Assembly: GCA_013265495.1 (NCBI GenBank)
Contig: MU058451.1
Coordinates: 1,134,584-1,198,583, forward strand
Reading direction: 5' to 3'
Source: Vicugna vicugna
Lineage: Eukaryota
Length of the DNA stretch: 64,000 nucleotides
Both the position numbers and the translations under genes were made by a program. Below the pieces are notes generated by a model that saw only the letters and a program-made list of their open reading frames with translations, searched no databases and was not told where the DNA came from. Shown here in pieces: positions 12,296-25,714 of the stretch. The stretch's first letter is position 1. Each line of letters starts with the position of its first letter.

Positions 12296-12679
12296 CTGAT
12301 GGGCTTTGAATTGAACATAAAGGATGGATAAAATTTCAATACTGAAATTTAAATATCTAAAAAGGAGGAAAAGGACTTCCCAGGCTGAAGAACCACGTGA
12401 GTAATGACATCCATCCCATCAATCGTTCATCAAGATCTGTCATTCTTTCTTTTCAATCTTACTGCTTTGACATTTTTGAAGAAGATGCTGAATTTATCTT
12501 CATATCTCACCTACTATTGTAAGAGTCTCCTAAGGTGTTTTCTTCACTTCTTCACTTTAAACTACCCTGTCCATAAAAGCCAGATTAATGGTGCTAAAAA
12601 AAAAATGACAGTGTAAATTTCCTATTGAGAAACCTTCAATCCATCACCATGCAGACTGAACTAATCTGTTAAGCTATTC

Positions 12680-13090
12680 TTCATTTCACTAAATATCTTT
12701 TGAGTACCTACTATAGTCCAGCATGACTACCAGATGTAGGCAATAAAAAGCCAAACTCAGACATGGTCCGAGATGTGTAAGGAAACCAACTGTTTCACAG
12801 CTATGAGACAAGACCATGATGGAATTGTGCAGAGAGCTGGCAGACCTTCAGGTTCAGGCAAAACATCTTCTCAAAAGAGGTGATGCTTAAATTGAGTTTT
12901 TTTGTTTTGCTTTGATGAGTAGAAATTAACTCCAGGAAGAGATACATAGGGGTTACGTAAGACTTGCAGGGCATTCTAGGCAGAGTAAACAGCATAGGCG
13001 AGAACACTGATTGTGCCACAGCACAAAGGCTCATGGTTAGAACGGAAGGTGCACACGAGGAAGAGAAGTAGGTGGCAGTCCATTCATGAA
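12680..13090 (-). mobile_element. L2 3' fragment
   Basis: AAATATCTTTTGAGTACCTACTAT...CAGACATGGTCC...GGGCATTCTAGGCAGAGTAAACAGCAT. Confidence 0.75.
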
Positions 13091-13329
13091 GCCATTAGAC
13101 TTCCTGTAAGGTCCACGTCCCATGCTGCTGCTTAAAACATGCTGTCACTGATGTTTTTGTTCTCATTTAATAAATCAAGCCTCAGGATTATATTAAAAAA
13201 TGGGAGGAATTTATGCAACTAATACATTAATCTTAAATATTTTCTTTCCATTAACACAAGGAACAAAGTGAGAAGGAGAAAATACCACCAAACTAGGAAC
13301 CAGAGTGGGATTTCAGTACTGCTTTATCG

Positions 13330-13510
13330 TGTCCTGGACCTGGTTCACTAGCCTGGTGACCCTGGCCAAGACTCATACACTCTTTGAAACCCAGTCCCCT
13401 TCCCAGTATAAAGGCAGGTAACATTTTCCGTGTGTTCATATTTTGGTGTCATGATCAAATGACACCTATGGAAGCACGTCCCAGTCTAGAAAGTGCCACA
13501 TCAATTCTAA
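13330..13510 (+). mobile_element. MIR fragment
   Basis: CACTAGCCTGGTGACCCTGGCCAAGACTCATACACTCTTTGAAACCCAGT. Confidence 0.6.
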
Positions 13511-13599
13511 GCACACCCACAAATTGTAAGAGGTTTTGCCTTTTGTACAATGCTAACACCGATTTTATCAAAGAATACATCGCTAGCTTCCCTAATACT

Positions 13600-15180
13600 C
13601 TTTCAGAATGGCTTCACAAATGAATGATAATGTCTTCTAAGCTCATTAGAGTTCATAGGTAAATTTCAGAAAGATGCCCAGCAGTCCAGAACTACATATG
13701 CCACATGAGACATTATGCAGGGAGAGTCAAAAAAGAGTTTAGAAAAAGAATTTTTAAATAAATTATAGAATACATGACCCTTTTAAAAAAAAAAGTTCAA
13801 CTAAGACAATATAAAAAAAGGTGACAGAAAGTAAGCAGGCAGAACTCTAGAAAGAACCAGAAAACTAGGAATGTTACAAAACTAGGATGTAAAAAGTACA
13901 GAGAATCAACAATAAACAGAATAAATATGAATTAAACAGTCAGGGATACCAAAGAGAAGCTGGTGAAAATATTTCAAAACAAAATGGAAATGAATTAAAA
14001 CTGATTTCATAAAAAAAAAATATGAAGGACAGATAGAAGATATCTAACATATACAGAGTCAGGCTCGAGAAGGAATTTATTCAGTAAATGAACCAGATCA
14101 AAATTTTCAAATATAATGAAACAAAATGTCACCTCAAATTTTTACTTGAACTTTCAGTCAAAAGGGCACACCAATCTCACATAACATTAATAGAGTTTTC
14201 CTAGTAAATAAAATTTTTAAAAGCCACAAAGAGACACACTGTGTGCCACCAAAAAAGAAAAAACAGTGATACAAATCAATTCCCAAACATAATGTTGTTA
14301 TTAAATCTCAAGGACAAAGAAAGATCATAAGGATATTCAAGGAGGAAAGAATCTCACTATTCACAGGTAGAAAGATCAAGTCAAACTCATCCTTCTCCAC
14401 AGTAGCTTGCACTAACAGAAGACACCAGTATGACGTCTAAAACTTTAAGGGGAAAAAATGAGACCCAACAATCTTGTACACTTCCAAGTTCCCTATTAAG
14501 TAGGAAGGCAATCTAAACATTCTCAGTCTTGCACAAAATCAGGGAACACAGCACAGCATGAGCCTTTCTTAGACAACACTCTACTAAAAATTTCAAAACT
14601 AACAAAAAAGAATGACAAACACTAGATTCACTGAAATAGCAAAGAGTATTTAGTACTTAATATTAAATAACTATTAGGATTTTCATAACAGAATGTTATA
14701 AACCTTGACAATGTCAAAAGAATAGCTAACAAAAACTGTCAGAGAAAGAGGAAGTGAGCAGTAGGCTAATTTCCTCTGGGGTTAAGCAAAAAGTCAGTGG
14801 TCTGTCTAAAGTTGATACATACAGCTAAAAAATAATTCTTACTTGGTAGTTTCATATTAATCTTTTCCCCTTAATTTGAGATTGTTTCATCAATTAATAT
14901 TCTTTGTAAAAACAACATATTCCTGGAGTTCAGCAATTCTTTGACTTACCTCAATTTTCTTCTTCTGAAATTAAATAGGATTAAATAGAACAATCTAATT
15001 TCTATAAGATTATTTTTTATCTGCATACATCCATCAAGGAAAGTCTGGGAAGATACACACCTAACACTATCAATGGTTATAACTCAATAGGAGGATTTGA
15101 GGTGATTTTCTTTTGCTTTATTTTTAAATAGTTTTTTTTGTGTTAGGAAGTTTTATTTCCATTGTACTATTTGTAATTAG
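13600..15180 (+). mobile_element. Decayed HAL1/L1 ORF1-like element followed by an L1ME-like 3' end
   Basis: A-rich ORF1-like motifs GAAGATATCTAACATATACAGAGTC, AAAAGGGCACACCA, TCAAGGACAAAGAAAGATC, AAAGATCAAG...CTTCTCCACAG; 3' part AAAGTCTGGGAAGATACACACC. Confidence 0.7.
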
Positions 15181-15399
15181 TACAGCCTTTTAAGAAAACC
15201 TGACATATAAATGAATAAAGAAGACAAAAAGTAGGGAACTATACAAAGATCTAGAATCAGACAACTCCCAATAATTAGCACAAAACTTGCCTCTGATCAT
15301 CCTTCCTGGCTGCAAGGTGAAAAAGAACAATGAGGTACATATTTTTAGTGTCAAGTAAAAGAAAATCATCTTGGACAAAAGAAAGAGACCAACCAGTGT

Positions 15400-15590
15400 T
15401 AGCTGAGTAGTTATCATATGCTAAGCACCATATCATGTATTTCTTGCAACTCCATGATGTTTCACTAGCTCATTTTTCAGAGGAGGAAGGCCAGATGATA
15501 ACTTGATATGGGTCACAAAGCCAGTCACTGACAATGGCCGAATGAGAACCCAAGTCACATGACCCGAAGCCATGCTCTCCTTCGCCCATA
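15400..15590 (-). mobile_element. MIR fragment
   Basis: CATTTTTCAGAGGAGGAAGG...AACTTGATATGGGTCACAAAGCCAG...GAGAACCCAAGTC. Confidence 0.6.
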
Positions 15591-16431
15591 CTCTCCTTCC
15601 CAATTTCTTGATTCTAAGTCTAAGAGAAATTAATTTCCTTTATCCTTTTAAAATGAATAAAGTGTTCAGTTGCTGGCTCTGTAAAAGTATGCAGTTAACC
15701 ACAAGTTCACAATCAAATTGAATCTGAATAACATCAAAACAATTAATTAATTATACAATAGCATATTTTCACTGCTGACACAGTTTATACCAGGACATTC
15801 CCATGACAGGAAAGCGCCAAGTCTAGAATGTTGGAATAAATGATGGGAAACAGAAATCACATAAAACATTTCTTATCCAATCCTCTTTCTTTTTTTTACA
15901 CTAATTTGCATTCCACTTACTTTGATGATTCTTATGTAGTGGGAGTGACTGTTGTGAAGAAAAGAACTAAAAGCAAACAAAACTTTTCAACAATAGTTCA
16001 CTGAGCATTCTAGCCTCTATTAAAACTACAACTGTGTATTCTAAATACTCCCAACAGGACAGTTTGCAATTCAGACTTCCTTTTGAAATTCTAACTTATT
16101 TTCTCATACTTGACAACTAATGATGACTATAATAAACTAAGTATATCTCCATTCGACATGTTACATACAGTATAAAACCTGCACAAATATATTCTTTTCA
16201 AAAGGCTGAGACTAATAAACTAAGTATATTCCTACTTTTCAATAAATAGGGGTCATGATGTGAAAACATAATCTCAATTAACCATATTGATTAGCCAGTC
16301 TTTATAGGATGAAGGTGGCTACTAGCTAGTTACACATAGATGAGTATAATGAGTATAAATAATCTGTCACCACAAAGACAGTGTTTTGGTGCCTCTCCCA
16401 ATACTTACAGTTTGTCTTTTCTCATGTCCTC

Positions 16432-16780
16432 CCTCATCCATTCATTCACTGAAGCAATATTGATTAAGTGTCCACTAAATGCCAGGCAATGTGATAAGAC
16501 TAGTGATTAAGAGACAGGACAGGTGCTCCTCCGAGAATTCACAGTTCATTGGAAGAGAGATAGGTAAAGAACTAGTTGTAAATGAATATACTGAGAGCCT
16601 CAGTAGAGCTCTCAAAGGACCACAGAAGAGAGAATTCAACTGGTTGGAGTTACCAAAGCAGACTTCACACAGAGGTTGGCCTTTGATTTCAAACTAGAAG
16701 GAGGAGGCTTTTGCCAGGCAGAAAAGTAGGCATGGAATACACAAAGCCAAGGAAAAAAGTACAGCTTCTAGAAGCACGAC
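16432..16780 (-). mobile_element. L2 3' fragment
   Basis: CATTCATTCACTGAAGCAATATTGATTAAGTGTCCACTAAATGCCAGGCA (reverse L2 tail), GACTTCACACAGAGG. Confidence 0.75.
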
Positions 16781-16999
16781 AGTTAGTACAAGTTGATCTT
16801 CACTCAGCGACACATACATGATTATTTGCTACTATGCAAATATAAATATCCTGCGGCCCCAAATATAGCTTTCTTCATGCGTCTCCCATTTCCTACCATG
16901 TCGTGCTTTCTGAAGAGCAGGGGCATATGAGACAGTGACATTGGAGGGAGTTTAGAACCCGAGGAGGAAGGATGGGCCTTCCACAAACTTCCTCTGCAT

Positions 17000-17595
17000 G
17001 GACACCTTCTCCTTTAAAAATCCTCCCTCGGTCCTTCATCTCGCTCTAGCTAAGGCTCTAACTCTTCCTACTCAGCCAAACTGCTAGAAAGGGTCATTGA
17101 ATCTCAATACCTCAGTTCTCATTTACTCATCAACACAAGTAATCTGGACTCCACCCTTCGCTCTCCCATCAAACTGCTAGGACTTATGGTCCACTGTCCA
17201 GTGTATACCTTTTAGTACTTATCCATCTTGATCCCTCAGAGGAACCTGGCACCACTGACCTCTCCTCTTCTGGGCACTGTCTCACCATCTCTGGCTCCTC
17301 TCCCTCTCCAACTGCACCTCAGACCTCATACTTGCCCCCTCACCCTCTCCTCAGCTCTAATATCCCTCTAAATCTTCTCCTGTTTGGTCCTTTTCTTCCT
17401 CAGCACACTTTTCCTGGGATATCTTAGATATTTGCTTCAGAATCATCCACTTGCTAATGGCTCCAAATCTATACTTCTAGGCCAGTCCACTCTAGAAACT
17501 TATGTCCAAATTTTCAACTGTCAACAGAAATTACCCACATATCTTCCAAACCGCTCAGATTCAAATTGTCCGAAACTGAATTCATTATCCTTGGG
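17000..17595 (+). mobile_element. L2 internal fragment
   Basis: Pyrimidine-rich; GCTAATGGCTCCAAATCTATA, TCCAAATTTTCAACTG, AAATTGTCCGAAACTGAATTCATTATCC. Confidence 0.7.
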
Positions 17596-18799
17596 CATCT
17601 GCAGTTAAACATACTAAGATGAACTCTTCTTCTACATGAAAATCTTTTAATCTTTTATTTGGGAAAAAAAGCACTCTGTCTTCACTAAGTCTTTTATTGC
17701 CAAGTAACTATAGGGTTAATTATCCAGATGTCAAATTTATAGTAACTTCAGACAAAACAAAGTGATGAACCTATGCATAGTATTGAGGAAAACAGTTATC
17801 ATCAAGTCTATTCACATAATTTAAAAAAAAAGATCAGCTACCTTTTACTCAAGGTTCCTCACTATTATATGTATGCATAAGTAATATGTATGTAATGATA
17901 AACATTCACATTACACTGATTTTAAGTAAAGAACTAGTATTACTTTTTAAAGATAAAATATCTTTAAAATCAAATGGGTCAGGCCCCATTGAGATTTGTT
18001 GTTTAGAATGTAGAGAAAAATATGAAATATTCATCTTCAACGTGAAAATATCTATATGCATTTATTAATCATGAATACAAAGGAGTTTTGTATTACTTAG
18101 ATTCCTGATCAAAGTATAAAATTGCTGGTTCCTAATGGAAAATATGCAGAATAAAGCATATAGCTAGCTATTATCAAAACTAACCATTTCCAAACATCTT
18201 TTAAACATTAATTCCTCATCAGTAAAAAAATTTGACTAATGTATATCTATACATTAATGCAAACAGCACTTAATTAACATATTACACATAAAACCTACAC
18301 AAAATACATTTTTTTTAAAAGATGGAAATTTAAAACTAGAAATTCTATTTTCTTCCCCTGGCTCAGTGGATTGTGCGACCCTGGCAGATATTCTCCGCTG
18401 TAAGTCCACTGGTAGAAGCAACTATTATCTCCTAACTGTCCTCCTATATTTTCAGCTGCACACGTTTCTCAGACCTTTACTATGTACTTACAGACAGTCT
18501 TAGCTCTTATTACCAAAGATAGCTTAACTCCCCTCCCCACCTAAATTCATCAACATTGCTGGTCCCAGTCAACCATTACTTAAACCTCTCAATTTACTTC
18601 TTTTCCAAAGGCTATTTCCCACAATTTATTAAAGAGCTGACTTTTTTTTTTAACTCAGAATTTCAGTAGCTAAACGAAAAACTTGAAAATGATATAAAGG
18701 TGAATGACAATACTATTTTCTTTCTGCAACACCCAAGAATAATGTGAATGTCACCTCCCATTAGAACAGTCTACCTTCAGAGATTTTTCTTATATTTAC

Positions 18800-18841
18800 C
18801 GTGCACTTTAGCTTTGCAAGGGCAGCCAATCTAATGGAAAA
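18800..18841 (-). other. Candidate short internal (probably 5'UTR) exon, 42 nt or 31 nt with the alternative acceptor
   Basis: gttttatctttttgtaccag|TTTTCCATTAG|ATTGGCTGCCCTTGCAAAGCTAAAGTGCACG|gtaaat, in a repeat-free block; splice signals only, no transcript evidence. Confidence 0.35.
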
Positions 18842-21800
18842 CTGGTACAAAAAGATAAAACTTAAAGGAAAAAGGTTTGACAGCTTCAGTAATGAGAATG
18901 TGGAGCCCCAATCATTGCAATTCAAAACTAGCAAACAAACCTGAATACAGATCAAAATCAATACAATTACAAATTTATTTTTCATTTAAATTAATCCAGG
19001 AATGACCAAGTGCCTGCAACAGGATTGGCATACTCATGGCTTAAAAGTACCTAAATTACTGGGTAATTCTCCAAAACTGTAGAATAAAGTCTAAAACCAG
19101 AAAGTCAGTTGGCATCTACTAATACCCAGAACTCTTCAACTACAAGTATTATTCAATCCTTTTTTTCCTAAATAATACTAACTATTAAGTGCATAATTGT
19201 GCTATAGGGGACATGGGATGTACTGTGTAAAAAGAAGCAGTTCCTATTTCTATCTTAATGTGCTGTTATTTGGTTACCAATTCTTACTTTTAATTCATTT
19301 TTTTAACCGAAACCAGAAAAGGTATTTTTCCTTCTGCAACAATGAATATTTATCTACAGTATAATGAAGGAGTCTCTTCAAAATGACTTTGATCGACTCT
19401 GAGCTGGTAGTCAAAAGACACCTGGATGGTCTCATGCTTCAGCTCAGGTGACAGTTGGCTTTCAAGAATTAATGGCCTTAAAGATCTACTAATTTTTTTG
19501 AAAATTTGACAAATATGAAATACCTACTTAGGGCTTCCAGTAAACCAATTTAGTAAGGTAGGCTATTTTAAAATATAACCTGCTGTTCGTTTAATAAAAT
19601 TAAGATTTTAATATAGCAGTATTTTTAGGTGGCAATTAATCAAAGCAATGAACTTTCTCTCTTTTTTAATACTAAGAAAATAATGCAGGTATAGGTGATG
19701 ACAATGCAGATATACTGACTAAAATACAGCTCCTGTAAGGTTTTTTAAGGGTATAATAATTTTGATTTTTGCCAGCAACCTAAGCCCAGTAAATAAGCTT
19801 CTGCTATATGTACCTTGGAACTTTATTCTCAGTCTGGTCGCCTTCCTGATTACTAAGTCTTTCTAAATTAGAGCAAGCAATTTCTCTTTGTTTTACCTAA
19901 TATTTGAAAATGGCAAAAAAATCCCCTGGGTCACTGAAAATTATCCTTTCATTCCAGCCGCCTGTTTCAAGTCAGTCAAAACATTCCAGACTTCAAAAGG
20001 AGGCTCTGCCTTCTTAGGCCATTTTGGTGTCCCTCTATGGTTGGCCTAGGAGGGATCGGTTATTTGGATAAATTAATTTCTGGAGCCTGCTGGCCTCCTA
20101 GAAGACCTCAATGTCTGACTGCAAATTAGTTCTACTGAACATGAAGAAATCCCTGGACAGGCTAGAAGAAATAAATGGTGATAAAATCTAATACTACAAC
20201 GTTTGTAATGTGATTTTATTCTGCTATGTGGCTTGTAAGCACACTTAATGTTGAATTAAATATTTTAAATTTTTTTTAAAAAAAAGGGCCGTGAAAGCAG
20301 AAAATCAGATCAGCATCCAAGGCACAGCAAAAAAAAAAAAAAAAAAGGCTAAAAGCCAAGTTTAAAATAAAACTTCCAGCAGGAATCTTTTAAAAGAACA
20401 AACAAAAATGTCCCAGTGTTCCACAAAATCAACTATATTTTTACATTACAGATACAAACCCCGTTGTCGGCCACCCCCTCCTCTGAGACAGGAAGTGAGG
20501 CAGTTGAATTATGCTTTAGCCGGGGCTGTGAATAAACTGTTAGGCAGCCCCTGAGCACCGACTTGTACAAGTGCCTAAGGAGAGCTTATCCTGAAGGAAG
20601 AGAGGTCCTCGGGCCAAAACTAACAAACAGGGCCCCTCAAGCGGAACAATGGTCCAGAAAACTCAGCAAAAAAGAAAATAAACTTCACTGGCAGTTTGTT
20701 TTTGACTGTTAAGAGCTTAGCTACAACTCTATCAAGATTTTTAAGAAGGTAAGAAATTTCACACATAAGGCATTCTCACAGCTGCTTGAGAGTTTATAGT
20801 GCAAACGTATCATCTCCTCTTGCCATGTCTAATCCACTTTAGGAGATAATTGTATCTTTTCTCTCCAAAGTAAACAGAACCACACCTCGGGAGAAGGAGA
20901 TGAAGGAAAGCTTCCTCTCCCCACCTCCCCACCCCCAGGCCAGGGTTCAGCTTGAGTGAGCTGAACTGAGCTCCTCTTGATTTGGGCTAATTCCATCTAA
21001 GAGGTAGTGAACATTGGAAATAAAAACTGAAGCTGGGAACATTTTTTTTTTCAGATCCAAAGTATACATACAGAAGATAAATGAACCCCAAATATGGCAT
21101 CTTTAAATATTAATACACTTATTTATTTAATTAATAATAAACCTAATTATCCCCCAAAAGTTCACATTAGATATTAGAATTTATTTTTAATTCTAACATT
21201 AATTATTTATCTAAGAATTTATTTAATTATTTAATAAATCTATTTTTAAAAGTCACATCATTTTAAAATTTACATAAGGGACTGCAGTTAGCTGTCTTTG
21301 TAATTAGTTGCAAATATATTCTGGTTCCCAGGGTTTCATGAATCTCAACATGTAAGTACATTTGCAAAAGTTTTTTAAAAAATATTTATCATGAGACTGG
21401 ACATACTAGGTTAATTATTCCCCCAATCCTATACTTAGTTCCGTTCTTTTAAAAAAAAAATTTTTAATTCAAATTAAGCCAGCATTACTTGGAGCTGAAT
21501 CAAATATATACATATATAGTATCATTAATAATAGATGAAAACAGCATCAACAAATAATGAGAAAAAAGCTATAAAAATAGCTGAACATGATACCTTCAGT
21601 CATAGCACAAATTTGTGCTCAATATCACTCATATTTCAATATCATGGAATTAAGGCTAACAAGATGAGCGTATTTGTGAGTTTTATTCTAACTTAACTGA
21701 AAATATTCATATACTAATTTTTTTTTTAAATTTGGAACTACATATGGGAAGCAATTCACGTATATACAAAGAAACAAGAGAAGCTGAAAGACTGTTCAAA

Positions 21801-22169
21801 GCAAAATGAAGAAGCATCCATGGACGCCCTGCAGAAATTTGTGAAACCAGAATGCATGGAAAAGCAGGCGTTTATTAACTGGAGAAATCACTGCAGAATT
21901 CCTTTACTTTTGTAAAACTTTAGAAGTGGGGTATACGGTCTCAATATACTTTTTTAAACCATCAACTTCTAAACATACTTATTTTTACTGTAAATGCAAA
22001 GAAAAGTGAGGTAAATTGCTTTGTGCTTTCTAAACATTTCACAAGAAAGCTTTGTTACACTTTTCTCTTGAGGCTGCACATATTTTCAAAGGTTTTTATT
22101 GCTTATTCTACAAATAATTAGTTAGATTTCCCATTTTAAGGTCAAATTTGTAACTACTGACCTGAACTT

Positions 22170-22250
22170 GAAAGAAAGAAAGAGAAAGAAAGAAAGAGAG
22201 AAAGAAGGAAAGAAGGAAAGGAGGAAAGGAAGAAAGGGAGAAAGAAAGAA
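22170..22250. repeat. (GAAA)n/(GGAA)n purine tract
   Basis: ~80 bp of A/G only, seen directly. Confidence 0.95.
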
Positions 22251-22679
22251 CAAGTTTATTACTTTGAGTTAATTTATAACCAGCTAAAAAGGGTCAAGAA
22301 TTAATTTTGTTAGATATTATAAAGAATTAAGGGAATTCATTACTGTATTTTAGAACTCACAGAGGGCTTGGAAAATGGCAAGAAATAGCAGAAGTATTTT
22401 TAATCTGTATGTGCTTTATGTGAACCTTTCTGGAAAAATATAGCACATTTTCTTTAAATTATATGCTAACCCCAAAGGAACACAGAGAGCATTATGCATT
22501 TTGCCTCCCTGAATATGGAAAAACCACCTTGATCCTTATAGCCCTATTTCCGCTCTTTCATTAAGCACTAGGTAATAAATCATGGATTCACTAAATCTCA
22601 GCGGTGAAAGGGATTTTAGAGGTAATCCGGTTCCACCGTATTCCCATGCATGAGTCTTCAACAGATTATCACCAAGTAG

Positions 22680-22760
22680 TAATGAGCTAAGGCTATATGT
22701 GAAAAGTGCTTAGAACAGCCCTGCTATGTAGTAAGTGCCTAATAAATGTTATTTATTCTT
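22680..22760 (+). mobile_element. MIR 3' end
   Basis: ATGTGAAAAGTGCTTAGAACAGCCCTGCTATGTAGTAAGTGCCTAATAAATGTTA. Confidence 0.75.
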
Positions 22761-23715
22761 TGTAGTAATAGTGGCACCACACATCTCCAAGGACCTAAAG
22801 TGGATACCTCCCAAGAAAATCAGCCCATTTCATCTTCCTCCGTAACTTGTAGTGTTTAAGGACTATTATTGGTTTAATGACTTCAAAATAGACAGTGGAT
22901 AGAAAATTTAGCTACCAATGCAAACAACTTGTTTGGCAACAACTTAAAAGGACTTGGAACAATATCTCAATTGACTTAATATGCAGTATTTGTGGGGTTT
23001 TTTTTTTAGCAGAATACATTTATCATCTTAAAACTTTTCATTAAACTAGAGGATTAAAAACTTAATTTTTTTTTTTACAAATGCTTTCATATTATACCAC
23101 CCTTTCTCATTGTTCAAGGTAGGTGAGAACTTTTTAAGATTTTAGAGCCTGCTCTTCCAAAGTAATATGAAAATCTATTCAACTCTTATTGGCAGTATAG
23201 GAAAAAGTCACTAATTTCAGTTAAAATTGCAGCAGATCACATTTGTCCCAAGAAGTGAAAGACAATCTTCAAAGGACTTGAATGCTCTGAGTAATGAATT
23301 CACTCACCATAGACTCACATGGCACTTGTGTGAGTTAGTCCAGTACCTTCCCTGCTGCCACTGCCGGTGGTTGTGTGACTTACAGCCCCCAGTCAGTATC
23401 ACAAATAGATCACACATTCATTTGAAAATTTCCATCAGTTATATTGTTTTAAGATGGCAGCCTAACTCACAGCTTGAATTGAAAACAGATAAAGAGCATA
23501 TCAATTTTGACTGAAGTCAGTCACCGTGTTTTAAAAATGACCTCAGGCAACCAGAAAAATAATCATTTTTTTAAAAAAGACAAGATAAAATGCTAATTGA
23601 TTAAGTTAAAATACAGATCTGTTTGTGTTGGTCCACAGTAAATGGTAAGTCTATTTTTTTCCCCCAGATGATTTGGAATCTGAGCAAACAGCTGATTTCT
23701 AAGATCTAATGTGAA

Positions 23716-23750
23716 TGTTTTTTGGTGGAGGGGAGGTAATTAGGTTTACT

Positions 23751-23806
<56 letters not shown>

Positions 23807-23886
23807 CCAATGAATGTACTAGGGATTAAACCCAGGGCTCCGTTCATGCTAAGCATGCACTCTACCACTGAGCTATACCCTTCCCC
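23716..23886 (-). mobile_element. Camelid tRNA-derived SINE (Vic-1-like) with (TAAA)n microsatellite
   Basis: Minus strand GGGGAAGGGTATAGCTCAGTGGTAGAGTGCATGCTTAGCATG...CCTGGGTTTAATCCC (A/B boxes), then (AATA)n and AAACCTAATTACCTCCCC; TSD TAATGTGAA at 23707 and 23888. Confidence 0.9.
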
Positions 23887-24889
23887 ATAATGTGAACTTT
23901 TTAACAAATGAATTTGAATCAAAGTCAGCTTTATGGATGAAATTATTTTAAGTTGCTTAAGTTCCACTTCACCACCAACAGTTTCCTATTTTGAGAACAC
24001 AAGTGGTTAGACGCAGGCATAGCTAATCAACATTTTTCAGGGCATATAATTTCACATACTTGAACACAAAGTATTTTTGAACCCAGTTTTTGAAGTTAAC
24101 CCTCCCAGCCTACCACATAAGGTCAGGTAAATGTATGTTTGTTTTTTTTTAATGTTTCAGAGAAGCTTGGATGGACAAAGCACTAAAAATCACTACTGTA
24201 AACACTGAGGGTAAAAAAAGTGAAACATGTATTTGGTCATTGTTTCTTATGCCAAGAAAATCTATTTCTTTTTTTTAGTAGAAATTAGAAATGCAATTTT
24301 AAATAAATCATTTTAATGATAAATAATCCAGTAGGTATTTTTTTTTTCTCCTTGTAAAACATGACTGGTGTTGAGGTGAATATTTGGTTACTCAAAGCAT
24401 ACAATTTTATTCTTGAAAAACATCTTAGATGGTTATCCTTTGAAAGAAATACAACAGCTTCATTAAAGAGAGAAATGAACATATCCTATATGCCTTACCA
24501 AATGATGTTTGATATAATAAAAAAAATTGAGAATTTCTAGAGATCAAAATAAATTTCCATAAATTTTAGGATTCTTCAAAGGAATTTTTAGTCCACACAT
24601 GATTTAAGTAAAAACAAGAACTAGTGAATGAACAGTCATCTATTTCAATATTTGAACAGCCAAATAGCAATTATCTCGTGTCCCTTTGAATTATGAACAC
24701 CATATTTCAAAATGAAATAAAATCAGTAATTAAAAAAAAACTTTTTTCCTTTCTTTTACAAAAAAAGGGAAAACTATTGAAAAGGACCCAGGAATTTTTT
24801 TAATACAATTTGGAAGAAGAGAGATGCATTTGTTGTTTTTGATAAACACACACCATGTGTACATGTGTTGCTTAATAAAGACACGCATG

Positions 24890-25050
24890 TTCTCCTTTTG
24901 ACCCTCACAACAATTCTGAGATACCCAGGAGTGAAATATTATCTTGTTTTAGAGATGAAGACCGTGGCTCAGAAATGATCAGAGATTTGCACACACTCCA
25001 GCCAGTGGCTGAGCTGGAACTCCAACACAAGCTTCCGGCTGCCTGCCAAG
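24890..25050 (-). mobile_element. MIR fragment
   Basis: TTTGACCCTCACAACAATTCTGAG...GTTTTAGAGATGAAGACCGTGGCTCAGA. Confidence 0.75.
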
Positions 25051-25714
25051 CCCATGCTCCCTCCTGTACCCCACGGGTATCCTCTGACTTGAACTAGTAA
25101 GAACACAAGCTCAGTTATCACTTTATTGATGCGAGATGTCAGCATTGCAGGAATCAAAGATTTTTTAAAAAGAGACTGTTAGTCTGATTTCTGTTCAATT
25201 TGAATTTGGGAGACCTCTCAAAGAAATTTCAAGAATTCCTCTGAAATATAAACATTAATTGATCTAGTCTAACCTAGTAGAGCACTTGGAAAAATTTCTT
25301 CAATGAATAACATTTATTTGCAAAAAGCCTATGAAATTTTTGTATATGATATTCAGCTTATTTTGCCTACTTTCCTATATTTCCTGCAGTTAAAATTAAT
25401 CTATATTGTTATTTTCTTTTATAATCCTATTTTCCTAAAAGGACATATGTAAGAATTAACTTCATCCTCTGCTTAAATTATCAGAAATTTTCCATTAATG
25501 GAGGCCCAATTAATGAGGTTTCACAGCAGTGATGTTTGCTTCAGTGTTCCTTTACCTTGATGAAAACTGATGGAGCAAGGAAAGCTCTGAGCTCGATTCT
25601 GGTCTGTTTCCAAAGGTGCCTGGTTCCCAGGAACCACGTGGAGCAAAAGCTGCCAAACTAGCACATGTGCAGATTTCTCTCTGTTTACAAAACCTCTGCT
25701 CCAGGCAACTGTGC

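Noticed and set aside
23820..23886. tRNA-like sequence (also at 31025-31098)
   Set aside because: It is the tRNA-derived head of a SINE with tail and TSD, not a tRNA gene.
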